Below, piece by piece: positions 28,064-37,690 of a stretch of 64,000 nt of DNA. Below the pieces are notes generated by a model. That model was not told the DNA's origin. It ran no database searches and saw only the letters and a program-made list of their open reading frames with translations. How positions within the stretch are numbered: position 1 is the stretch's first letter; every line of letters starts with the position of its first letter. The DNA comes from Desulfobulbaceae bacterium (GTDB taxonomy: Bacteria; Desulfobacterota; Desulfobulbia; Desulfobulbales; SURF-16): NCBI GenBank assembly GCA_003249165.1, contig QKJV01000098.1, forward strand, positions 19,793 to 83,792, in the 5' to 3' direction. Position numbers and translations under genes: made by a program.

Positions 28064-29362
28064 ATGAGAGAGATGAAAGACAGCGGCATACAATGGCTCA
28101 AAGAAATACCATCAAGCTGGAAACTTAAAAAAATTAAATACACATTGAAAGAGCGTATAGAAAAAAATAATCCTATAAGAACATCTGATATTTTGTCTCT
28201 TACTGCGAAGCAGGGTGTCATTCCTTATGACGAAAAAGAAGGTGGCGGTAATAAGCCAAAAGAGGATGTGAGCGCATATAGATTGGCATATCCTGGTGAT
28301 ATAGTGATGAACAGCATGAACATTCTTTCTGGTTCGGTGGGATTGTCGCGTTATTTCGGATGTGTAAGTCCGGTATACTATATGCTCAGACCGTATAGCA
28401 ATGAAGACGACGTACGCTATTTTAACTATATTTTTCAGACTACCGTTTTTCAAAAAAGTTTATTTGGTCTCGGCAACGGTATTCTCATAAAAGAGTCTGG
28501 CAACGGTAAGTTAAACACGATTCGTATGCGAATACCGATGGACAAGTTCGGCAATTTAGTTATTCCAATAGCAACAGCACAAGAACAACGAATTATTGCC
28601 GACATCCTCGATAACAAATGCTCCGAAATAGACAGCCTTGTCGCGGATATCCAATCACAGATTGACACCTTGGAACAATATAAGCGGTCGGTCATCACTG
28701 AGGCGGTCACAAAAGGCTTGAACCCGGATGCCGAGATGAAAGACAGTGGGATTGAATATGTAGGAACGATACCCGCACATTGGGATAAACATCCGCTATA
28801 TTGCTATTTTGTAGAGAGGAAAAACAAAAACAGTCTTGGCAAAGAAGAAAACCTGCTATCTTTGAGCTATGGTCGCGTTATACAAAAAGATATCAACTCA
28901 AATGGCGGTTTACTTCCGGAAAGTTTTAATACCTATAACATTGTTGAAACCAACGATATCATTATCCGCCCAACTGACCTGCAAAATGATAAACGCAGTC
29001 TGCGTACCGGACTGGTAAAGGAACACGGTATTATTACATCTGCATATATAGCTTTAAAAGCAAAGGCAAACCTGATTTCCGGGTATTACCACTACCTGCT
29101 TCATGCGTTCGATGTTATGAAAGTGTTTTATAACATGGGTAACGGTGTGCGTCAGGGATTGAATTTCTCTGAATTTTCTCGTTTGATGGTTTTTTACCCT
29201 CCGTATGAGGAGCAAAAAGCAATCACTTCATATCTTGACAAAAAGTGCTCTGATATAGATTCTGTGATTGCCGATAAGCAGTCACAACTTGCATCCATTG
29301 ATGAATACAAAAAATCTCTCATCTACGAGTATGTCACAGGTAAAAAGGAGGTCACCGCATGA
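28064..29362 (+). CDS. hsdS: Type I R-M specificity subunit
   Basis: Two TRDs separated by conserved helices (IADILDNKCSEIDSLVADIQSQIDTLEQYKRSVI and ITSYLDKKCSDIDSVIADKQSQLASIDEYKKSLI). Confidence 0.85.
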   Translation: MREMKDSGIQWLKEIPSSWKLKKIKYTLKERIEKNNPIRTSDILSLTAKQGVIPYDEKEGGGNKPKEDVSAYRLAYPGDIVMNSMNILSGSVGLSRYFGCVSPVYYMLRPYSNEDDVRYFNYIFQTTVFQKSLFGLGNGILIKESGNGKLNTIRMRIPMDKFGNLVIPIATAQEQRIIADILDNKCSEIDSLVADIQSQIDTLEQYKRSVITEAVTKGLNPDAEMKDSGIEYVGTIPAHWDKHPLYCYFVERKNKNSLGKEENLLSLSYGRVIQKDINSNGGLLPESFNTYNIVETNDIIIRPTDLQNDKRSLRTGLVKEHGIITSAYIALKAKANLISGYYHYLLHAFDVMKVFYNMGNGVRQGLNFSEFSRLMVFYPPYEEQKAITSYLDKKCSDIDSVIADKQSQLASIDEYKKSLIYEYVTGKKEVTA

Positions 29363-29760
29363 AAGTTGAATTTGCTGATTGTGAATTAGGGATTGGTGTT
29401 GCGTTATATGTCTCTGGTACCGAATTTTTGAAAGCCGATAAGTCAAAAGATGAATTTTGTAGTCTTGCTGCAGCAACAGATGCTTTTTATAATCAACAAG
29501 GACTTGACTACCATATTGGCTCAACAGACTATGATACGGTAAAACAATGGGTCAAAGCATCCGGCGCAGTAATATTCGCTATTGAATCAGACCGTTATGG
29601 ACACAGAAAGTGGTATGAAATTTATGTGTCTACAGATAATCGCTACACCAGAATTATCTGGTCTGATGATGGCAGAGAGTATTATTCAAAAGATAGCTCA
29701 GATTTGAAAAAGACTCCGACTAATACTACAACAAGGCAGAAAGGAGGTCGTGACGTATGA
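29359..29760 (+). CDS. Hypothetical 133-aa protein inserted between hsdS and hsdR
   Basis: ATGA overlaps at both ends (with the hsdS stop and the hsdR start). No recognisable motif. Confidence 0.45.
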   Translation: MKVEFADCELGIGVALYVSGTEFLKADKSKDEFCSLAAATDAFYNQQGLDYHIGSTDYDTVKQWVKASGAVIFAIESDRYGHRKWYEIYVSTDNRYTRIIWSDDGREYYSKDSSDLKKTPTNTTTRQKGGRDV

Positions 29761-32726
29761 ATAATATTCTTTCAGAAAAAGAATATCAGAAGTTTATAAT
29801 GGAGCGTTTGGAACAAGACAACGGATATGTCATCCGTAAGGCTACCAGTTACGACCGCTTGTTTTCCATCGACCGTGAGCTGCTGTTTAAATTTCTGAAC
29901 GATACGCAGGGCGCAACAATGGCGGCACTGCGAAAAATTTATAAAGACGATTTGGAAGAAACCATTGTCAGCTTCATTAACGCCGAGACAACAAAAACTC
30001 GCGGCAGTCTCTTGGACATACTGAAACATGGGATTGAAATCTCAAGCATGAAGCTGGAGCTGATGTATACCAAACCGGCTACCACCTTCAACAAGGAGCT
30101 TCTTGCAAACTATGAAAAAAACATCTTCTCAGTCATGGAGGAGGTCTGGGCAAGCGACAATGAACGGGTCGATTTGGTCATCTTCCTGAACGGTCTAACC
30201 ATCATGTCCTTTGAGCTGAAGTGCAATGTTGCCGGGCAGTCCTATCAGGATGCGATTTATCAGTACCGCTGTGAGCGCAATCCGAAGACGCGTCTGTTCC
30301 TGTTTAAGGCAGGATGCCTGGTCAACTTTGCGATGGATCTTGAAGAGGTCTATATGACCACGAAGCTGTCCGGTGACTCTACTTTCTTTCTGCCGTTCAA
30401 TATTGGCAACGGAGAAGGCGTCAACGCTGGAGCGGGCAATCCCACCTTTAAGGACAAGTACAGCGTGTCCTATATGTGGGAGGACATTCTCACAAAGGAT
30501 ACCGTGCTGGGCCTCATCAGCAAGTTCATTTTTGTTGAGACAAAGGAAATAGAGGACGAGTTTACAGGTAAGATCAAAAAGACCGAAAGCATAATTTTCC
30601 CACGTTACCACCAGTTGGACGTTATCCGCAAGTTATTGGGCGACGTCCGCGAAAATAGAACTGCTCAGAATTATCTGATTCAGCACAGCGCAGGTTCCGG
30701 TAAAACGAATTCTATCGCTTGGCTGGCCCACCGGCTCACGTCACTACATGACGAAGACGATAAAATCATCTTTGATAATGTGGTCATCATCACCGACCGC
30801 GTGGTTGTCGACCGTCAACTTCAGAAGGCCATCATGGGTATGGAGCACAAGACAGGACTTATCCGAGTGATGGACGACAAGTGCAACTCCGCCGACCTTG
30901 CAATCGCCCTCAAAGGCAACACAAAGATCATTGCAACCACGATTCAGAAATTTCCGTATATCGTGGACAGCGTCGTGGGTTTGAAAACGAAACGCTTCGC
31001 GGTCATTATCGATGAGGCGCATTCATCTACTGCCGGGAAGGACATGGCGGCGGTCACACAGTCTTTGGGTACCGGTGAGCAGGATTACACGGATGTGCAG
31101 GACATCATTGCCGACGAGATTGCCCGCAATGGCAAGCAGGTTAATGTGTCGATGTTTGCGTTTACTGCAACACCGAAGCCGACCACCCTTCAGCTTTTCG
31201 GGATGTTGAATACCAAGGGACAGCGCGAGGCGTTCCACGTTTACTCTATGAAGCAAGCCATTGAAGAGGGCTTCATTCTTGATGTGCTGCAAAACTACAC
31301 AACTTACGATACCTTCTATCAGATAAATAAAGAAATCGAGGACGACCCCCGCTGTAAGACTTCGGACGCCAAGCGGCAGATTGCCCGCTTCGTGGAACTG
31401 CACGAAACGAACATCTCGCAGCGTATTGAAGTCATCGTGGAGCATTTCCGAACTTCCGTTATGGCGGAGCTTGGCGGTATGGCAAAAGCAATGGTGATTA
31501 CAGCTTCCCGGCAGGGTGCTGTAAAATACCGTCAGGCTTTCGAGGACTTTATTACGAAAAAGGGCTACAAGGATATTCGCGCTTTGGTGGCCTTCTCTGG
31601 CAAGGTGAAACTGCCGGATAACGACACAGCCGAATATACCGAAGCCTCCATGAATGGTTTCTCTGAAGAGCAGCTCACGAAGGAATTTGAAAAGGACGAT
31701 TATCAAGTCCTGCTTGTGGCAAATAAATATCAGACGGGATTCGACCAGCCGAAGTTGTGCGCTATGTATGTTATGAAAAAGCTGAAAGGTGTTACAGCCG
31801 TGCAGACGCTGTCCCGTTTGAACCGGATATTCCCGCCGTTTGAAAAGCACACATTCGTGTTGGACTTTGTGAACGACTATGCGGATATTACTGCTGCCTT
31901 TGCGCCGTATTACACGACAACATTACTGTCGAATTCAGTTACACCCACGGCAATTTATGATCTTGAAGCTAATATCGACTCCTATACCGTTCTTGATCCG
32001 GATGATATTGAGAAGGCGAACGACCTGCTCTACAGCGACAACATTACGTCGAAGGACAAGCAGAAACTGACCTTCTATTTCAAAAAGGCGAAAAATCTGA
32101 TTGAAAATTACGATGTGACCAAGCAGCAGGAAATCGTAGCTCTCATGCGCCACTTCGTTCGTTTTTATGAGTTTCTGCTCCAAGTTTCCTGTTTTGAGGA
32201 TGTAGACCTACACAAGAAGTACAATTTCATTACTTACTTGCTTTCTTACATCAACATCAAGCATCCAGGCGGCGGCTATAACCTTGACGGAAAAATCAAG
32301 GCAACCAATTTCGTCCAGAAAAAGGACGAGGAGCATAATAAATCTGATCTTGTCGCTCAACCGGTTATGAAACTGCCGACGGCCGAGAGCTTTGGCTTGA
32401 CCGAAGCCAAGGAAGAAAAGCTTTCCCAAATTATCGCGGAAATCAATAGTCGCACAGGGAAAGCCTATGATAATGATGTTGCGGTAAAAGCAATGCTGCA
32501 AATCCGGGACCTATTGCTAAAATCGGACAAGCTGAAAACCAGCGCCCGGAACAACACCGTCAAAGATTTTGAGTTTTCCTATTTTGACGATATTGACGAT
32601 GCCCTGATTGAGGGACTTTCGCAGAATCAGGACTTTTTCTCGATGCTTTTGAGCAACGAGGAAATAAAGCGGCAGGTGCTTGGCATATTCACCGACGAAA
32701 TATACGCAAGCCTGCGTAAAGCATAA
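29757..32726 (+). CDS. hsdR: Type I restriction endonuclease subunit R
   Basis: N-terminal nuclease region, then HSAGSGKTN (I), IIDEAHSS (II), FTATP (III), YQTGFDQPKL (V), QTLSRLNR (VI). Confidence 0.9.
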   Translation: MNNILSEKEYQKFIMERLEQDNGYVIRKATSYDRLFSIDRELLFKFLNDTQGATMAALRKIYKDDLEETIVSFINAETTKTRGSLLDILKHGIEISSMKLELMYTKPATTFNKELLANYEKNIFSVMEEVWASDNERVDLVIFLNGLTIMSFELKCNVAGQSYQDAIYQYRCERNPKTRLFLFKAGCLVNFAMDLEEVYMTTKLSGDSTFFLPFNIGNGEGVNAGAGNPTFKDKYSVSYMWEDILTKDTVLGLISKFIFVETKEIEDEFTGKIKKTESIIFPRYHQLDVIRKLLGDVRENRTAQNYLIQHSAGSGKTNSIAWLAHRLTSLHDEDDKIIFDNVVIITDRVVVDRQLQKAIMGMEHKTGLIRVMDDKCNSADLAIALKGNTKIIATTIQKFPYIVDSVVGLKTKRFAVIIDEAHSSTAGKDMAAVTQSLGTGEQDYTDVQDIIADEIARNGKQVNVSMFAFTATPKPTTLQLFGMLNTKGQREAFHVYSMKQAIEEGFILDVLQNYTTYDTFYQINKEIEDDPRCKTSDAKRQIARFVELHETNISQRIEVIVEHFRTSVMAELGGMAKAMVITASRQGAVKYRQAFEDFITKKGYKDIRALVAFSGKVKLPDNDTAEYTEASMNGFSEEQLTKEFEKDDYQVLLVANKYQTGFDQPKLCAMYVMKKLKGVTAVQTLSRLNRIFPPFEKHTFVLDFVNDYADITAAFAPYYTTTLLSNSVTPTAIYDLEANIDSYTVLDPDDIEKANDLLYSDNITSKDKQKLTFYFKKAKNLIENYDVTKQQEIVALMRHFVRFYEFLLQVSCFEDVDLHKKYNFITYLLSYINIKHPGGGYNLDGKIKATNFVQKKDEEHNKSDLVAQPVMKLPTAESFGLTEAKEEKLSQIIAEINSRTGKAYDNDVAVKAMLQIRDLLLKSDKLKTSARNNTVKDFEFSYFDDIDDALIEGLSQNQDFFSMLLSNEEIKRQVLGIFTDEIYASLRKA

Positions 32727-32737
32727 GGAGGGGTATC

Positions 32738-35569
32738 ATGTTTGAAAAATTTCGTTTGCAGGACGCGCTTGTAAAATACAAGCAGAATTTCGTTTCTACC
32801 CAATGGGGAAACGAGAAATACAAGTGGGAAGCAGTTAAGTTCTTTCAGGACAATTGGGATGTCAATGCAGCGAATTTTGCCTCAATGCTGACTCTCTCCC
32901 TCTCGAAAACATATAATCTGCTCGCGTCTATGAACAACTTTCCAGCGCGAATGATTGAGAAATTTGCGGAAACGGCTCCCGAAGAAGTGCGGGCGATGTT
33001 CATTGCCCTGTTCGATGAAAGCAAGGATGTCGTTACCAGAATTACAGATTTTAAAGACCAGTCATCCATTCTCCTCGAAAAGTATGGCAACGGAGCGGGA
33101 CAGCATTATCAGTACGAAAATGCCGTCAGCACCTACTTATGGCTGCGTTATCCCGACAAATATTACATTTATAAATACGGCGAGATAAAAACCGCCGCAG
33201 ATGAACTCGGCAGTGATTATCGATTCAAGAAAGGCGCATATGCGGACAATCTGCGCAATTTCTATAGCTTTTATGATGAGCTGTGTGCGGAAATCAAGAA
33301 GGATGAAGAACTCGTAAGTCTGCTCAAATCCCAGCTTACGGACGATTGCTATCCAGACCCGGAATACAGAACGCTTACAATCGATGTCGGCTTTTACATC
33401 AGCCGCTACTTTTCGCAGAAGGAATCCGTAGCCACTGACGACTGGTTTCCGACAGATTACACGCCTAACATTTCTGTCGATGAGTGGGTAGAACTTCTTA
33501 ATGATCCCGATGTATTTACGACTGGAAGCCTTGAAATCATGAAGCGCATGAAGGACTACGGCGGGCAGGCTACTTGTACTCAGCTCTCCATCAAATACGG
33601 TGAAACGAAGAATTTCTACAATAGTGGTTCTTCTGCTTTGGCGCGTCGTATTGCTGAAAAAACCGGCTGCCCTGTAATGGATAGAGATGAAGAAAACTCC
33701 CGCTGGTGGCCGATTCTGTATTTTGGACGCAATGCGGGTAAAGATGACTCTGGCAGCTATACATGGAAACTACGAGATGAGTTATCGGCCGCAATTGATA
33801 AAGTCGATATGTCTGAGGTTTCGCTTTATGCTGATGCGACTCCTTCAATTTGGAAAATAAGCCATGGAACCGAAAGCACCGGCATTTCAGATGAAAACAA
33901 GCAGATATTTATGGATCGCGGCGTTATTGTGGTACATAGTACAACCAAGGCAAAAGCCACGTCAAAAGTGTCCCAGGGTGAGTCATTTACCTATTCCATG
34001 AAAATGGGCGATTATTTTTACTTGTGCTATGGCAGCAGAATTCAACTTTTAGGGCAAATCACAAGCAACGATGCTGTGGAAAATCCAGAAATGAAGGATG
34101 GCTGGTATGAACGTCCATACCGAGTTGTCGCCATGCCGAAAATCAATGATTCCTATGATGGTGTAAAAAAGTGGTGGACGCCTAATGATAACTCCACTTG
34201 CATAAAGGTTGATGACAAGCCATTGTTTGAGGAATTAATTCTCAAACCGTATTTTGGCTTGACGGTTGTACAGCTTCTTGGCGATACCAATGAGCAGCAC
34301 GGCTATTGGTGGTTAAATGCAAATCCGAAAATTTGGAGTTTTTCGGACATTGCTGTCGGAGAAGTTCAGTCATATACACTTTATAATGATAATGGCAACA
34401 AACGCCGCATTTTTCAAAATTTCTTAGATGCAAAAGCCGGTGATATGATAATCGGCTATGAATCGAACCCTGTTAAACAGATTGTTGCGATTGGCAAGGT
34501 CAGTGCGGAACAAGATGGTGAAAAAATTTATTTTGAAAAAATCGAGGGGCTTTCCTCGCCGATTGATTATCAAACGCTGAAAAGCTGTTCCGAGCTGGAA
34601 AGAATGGAATATTTCAGCAATCCGCAAGGCAGCTTATTTAAGCTGACAAAGGGCGAGTACGATTTTATCGTCGATATGATTCGAGATGAAAACCCACTTG
34701 CTCAAGAAGAAAAAGCAGAAGAGTACGACAAGGCGGACTTTCTTAATGAGGTTTACATGACAGAGAGCCGCTACGATATGCTTCTTTCTGTCCTGAAAAA
34801 CAAAAAGAACATCATTCTGCAGGGCGCACCCGGTGTCGGGAAAACTTTTGCAGCAAAGCGCCTTGCATACTCGATGATCGGAGAAATGGACGAAAACCGA
34901 ATTGAATTCGTTCAGTTCCACCAGAATTACTCTTACGAAGATTTCATGATGGGCTATAAACCTGTGAATGATGGTTTTGAGTTGAAATACGGTATCTTTT
35001 ATCGTTTTTGCCAAAAAGCTGCAAACCAGCCGGACAAAGATTTCTTCTTTATCATTGATGAAATCAATCGGGGTAATATGAGTAAAATCTTCGGTGAGCT
35101 ACTCATGTTGATTGAGCGCGATTACCGTGGTACGAAGACAACACTCGCCTATAACGGCTTGGCATTCACGGTACCCAAGAACATATATATCATCGGTATG
35201 ATGAATACCGCCGACCGCAGTCTTGCCATGATTGATTATGCGCTTCGCCGCCGCTTCAGCTTCTTTGAGATCGAACCGGGCTTTGATTCCGATGGCTTTG
35301 TAAAATATCAAAACGCCTTGAACAATGAAACATTTAATGAGCTTATTAATAAGGTACAAGAACTTAACAAGGAAATCTCACTTGATAAATCTTTAGGAAA
35401 AGGGTTCTGTATTGGACACAGTTATTTCTGCGGACAAGTTACCTGCTCGGACGAATGGATGCATTCCATTGTTGACTATGATATTCTGCCGATGCTGAGT
35501 GAGTATTGGTTTGACGATAGCGGAAAGCTACAGCGTTGGGAGAACATTTTGCGTGGTGTATTCCAATGA
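32738..35569 (+). CDS. mcrB: McrB-like AAA+ GTPase with a ~650-aa N-terminal extension that includes an EVE/PUA-like reader domain
   Basis: LQGAPGVGKTF, FIIDEINRGN and MMNTADRSLAMIDYALRRRFSF are McrB hallmarks. YWWLNANPKIWSF...AKAGDMIIGYESNPVKQIVAIGKV is EVE-like. Confidence 0.8.
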   Translation: MFEKFRLQDALVKYKQNFVSTQWGNEKYKWEAVKFFQDNWDVNAANFASMLTLSLSKTYNLLASMNNFPARMIEKFAETAPEEVRAMFIALFDESKDVVTRITDFKDQSSILLEKYGNGAGQHYQYENAVSTYLWLRYPDKYYIYKYGEIKTAADELGSDYRFKKGAYADNLRNFYSFYDELCAEIKKDEELVSLLKSQLTDDCYPDPEYRTLTIDVGFYISRYFSQKESVATDDWFPTDYTPNISVDEWVELLNDPDVFTTGSLEIMKRMKDYGGQATCTQLSIKYGETKNFYNSGSSALARRIAEKTGCPVMDRDEENSRWWPILYFGRNAGKDDSGSYTWKLRDELSAAIDKVDMSEVSLYADATPSIWKISHGTESTGISDENKQIFMDRGVIVVHSTTKAKATSKVSQGESFTYSMKMGDYFYLCYGSRIQLLGQITSNDAVENPEMKDGWYERPYRVVAMPKINDSYDGVKKWWTPNDNSTCIKVDDKPLFEELILKPYFGLTVVQLLGDTNEQHGYWWLNANPKIWSFSDIAVGEVQSYTLYNDNGNKRRIFQNFLDAKAGDMIIGYESNPVKQIVAIGKVSAEQDGEKIYFEKIEGLSSPIDYQTLKSCSELERMEYFSNPQGSLFKLTKGEYDFIVDMIRDENPLAQEEKAEEYDKADFLNEVYMTESRYDMLLSVLKNKKNIILQGAPGVGKTFAAKRLAYSMIGEMDENRIEFVQFHQNYSYEDFMMGYKPVNDGFELKYGIFYRFCQKAANQPDKDFFFIIDEINRGNMSKIFGELLMLIERDYRGTKTTLAYNGLAFTVPKNIYIIGMMNTADRSLAMIDYALRRRFSFFEIEPGFDSDGFVKYQNALNNETFNELINKVQELNKEISLDKSLGKGFCIGHSYFCGQVTCSDEWMHSIVDYDILPMLSEYWFDDSGKLQRWENILRGVFQ

Positions 35570-36630
35570 TTAAGAACAAGAGCATTTTCATAAAAAACAT
35601 ATATTATATGCTTTCCTATGCCTTTACGACATTGAATCAATCTAATTTTGAAGATGTGGCGACTGAGGAATTTGAGAATATGCATAACCTCTTTGCCGCA
35701 ATTCTCGCAAAAGGCATCGGCCAACAGTTGAAGCAGGGTTTGTATCGCGAGTATTTGAACAAAAGAGAAAATATGGCGGTCATGCGTGGAAAAATCGATA
35801 TGTCTGGAACTATCAAAAACAAGATTGCACGGCAGCAAATTCTTTCTTGCGATTATGATGATCTGTCGGAAAACAATCTCCTAAATCAAATCCTGAAGAC
35901 CACAGTTATGATTTTGCTCCGTCTGTCAAAAGTCAATACCGAGTATAAAGACGCGCTCAAAAAAGAAATGCTATTTTTCTCAAATGTTGATACCATCGAA
36001 CCGGCATCAATCCGATGGTCGTCAATTCGTTTCCAGCGAAATAATCAGACTTATCGTATGCTCGTCAGTATCTGCCAGCTTATTCTGGAAGGAATGCTTT
36101 TGACAACGGAACAAGGCGAATACAAGCTGGCTTCTTTTGTTGACGAGCAGAGAATGTGCCGTTTATATGAGAAGTTTATATTGGAATACTACAGCAAGAA
36201 GTTTCCTGCATTGAGTGTGAGTGCATCGCAGATTCCGTGGGCCTTGGATGACGGCATTGGAACGATGCTCCCCACAATGCAGAGTGATATTACACTTTCT
36301 CACGGAAACGAAGTGCTTATTATTGATGCAAAGTATTATTCTCATACCACGCAGGCGCAATATGATGTACATACGCTTCATTCCGGCAACCTGTATCAGA
36401 TATTTACCTATGTAAAGAACAGAGACTCCGAATTTGGAGAGAAACCACATAAGGTATCAGGAATGCTTCTGTATGCCAAAACCGATGAAACAATACAGCC
36501 AGACAATGAATATCGGATGAGTGGTAACAAAATCAGCGTAAGGACACTCGACTTGAATTGCGAGTTTCCTGTAATCGCTGCACAGCTAAATAGCATCGCT
36601 AAGAGTCATTTTGGTGAGATCATTGCGTAA
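35566..36630 (+). CDS. mcrC: McrC-like nuclease subunit
   Basis: ATGA overlap with the mcrB stop. LIIDAKYY PD-(D/E)xK motif. I preferred the start at 35566 over 35536. Confidence 0.8.
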   Translation: MIKNKSIFIKNIYYMLSYAFTTLNQSNFEDVATEEFENMHNLFAAILAKGIGQQLKQGLYREYLNKRENMAVMRGKIDMSGTIKNKIARQQILSCDYDDLSENNLLNQILKTTVMILLRLSKVNTEYKDALKKEMLFFSNVDTIEPASIRWSSIRFQRNNQTYRMLVSICQLILEGMLLTTEQGEYKLASFVDEQRMCRLYEKFILEYYSKKFPALSVSASQIPWALDDGIGTMLPTMQSDITLSHGNEVLIIDAKYYSHTTQAQYDVHTLHSGNLYQIFTYVKNRDSEFGEKPHKVSGMLLYAKTDETIQPDNEYRMSGNKISVRTLDLNCEFPVIAAQLNSIAKSHFGEIIA

Positions 36631-36655
36631 TCTTTAACCCGGGAGGAGGTGCATT

Positions 36656-37690
36656 ATGCCCTTTACTATCGTCCGGCAGGACATCACAAAAATGAAAGTT
36701 GACGCCATTGTCAATGCCGCCAACACCGATCTGCAAATGGGCGGTGGGGTTTGCGGAGCTATATTCAAAGCTGCGGGAGTACTTGAACTCCAAGCCGCCT
36801 GTGATAAACTCGCTCCGATAAAGACGGGCGAGGCAATTATTACTCCAGGCTTCAATCTCTCAGCTAAGTTTGTTATCCATGCGGTGGGTCCGGTTTATCG
36901 GCATTGGAGCAAAGAGCAGAACGAGCAGCACCTTCACGCTGCCTATACGAACTCGCTGAAAAGAGCTGTTGAAAACAAGTGTGAAAGCATAGCATTTCCT
37001 TTGATTTCAAGTGGTATCTATGGCTATCCAAAAGACGAGGCACTTAAAGTGGCTACCTCAGCGATTCAAGATTTCCTCAAAGATTACGATCTTGAGGTGA
37101 CCATTGTGGTGTTTGACAAGTCAGCATTCACCATCAGCCGCGAACTACTCGGAGAAGTCGAAAGCTACATTGATGAGCATTATATCGAAACACACCAAAT
37201 AAAGCGGCGACAACTGCTTGATATAGAGCGGGAAGCCTTTTACGAAGCTGACAAAGATGTTAGTAAATATAACAAGCCTCTTTTTGAAGAAATGCTCGCT
37301 CCGTCTGTTGGTGCGCCCGCTCCACTTGATGATTTGGTCGGCAATCTGGACGAGCCGTTCTCCGCGACACTCCTGCGGCTGATTGACGCCAAGGAAAAGA
37401 CGGATGTGGAAGTTTACAAACGTGCAAATCTTGACCGAAAGCTGTTCTCCAAGATACGGAGCAACAAAGGCTATACGCCGAGTAAGCGCACTGCCCTTGC
37501 TCTTGCCGTGGCGCTGGAATTGTCACTCAGCGAAACTGATGACCTCTTGGAGCGGGCAGGATATGCACTTTCCCATGCAGCCAAGTTCGATGTAATCGTG
37601 GAATATTTCATCACTAACGGTAAATATGACGTTTTCGAGATAAATGAAGTGCTGTTTGAGTACGACCAGCCGCTGTTGGGAGGGTGTTGA
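36656..37690 (+). CDS. Macro domain (ADP-ribose binding/hydrolase) protein with a C-terminal HTH-like domain
   Basis: VDAIVNAANTDLQMGGGVCGAIFKAAG plus ISSGIYGYP are macro motifs. C-terminal LRLIDAKEKTDVEVYKRANLDRKLFSKIRS...TALALAVALELS is XRE-like. RBS gggaggagg. Confidence 0.8.
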   Translation: MPFTIVRQDITKMKVDAIVNAANTDLQMGGGVCGAIFKAAGVLELQAACDKLAPIKTGEAIITPGFNLSAKFVIHAVGPVYRHWSKEQNEQHLHAAYTNSLKRAVENKCESIAFPLISSGIYGYPKDEALKVATSAIQDFLKDYDLEVTIVVFDKSAFTISRELLGEVESYIDEHYIETHQIKRRQLLDIEREAFYEADKDVSKYNKPLFEEMLAPSVGAPAPLDDLVGNLDEPFSATLLRLIDAKEKTDVEVYKRANLDRKLFSKIRSNKGYTPSKRTALALAVALELSLSETDDLLERAGYALSHAAKFDVIVEYFITNGKYDVFEINEVLFEYDQPLLGGC

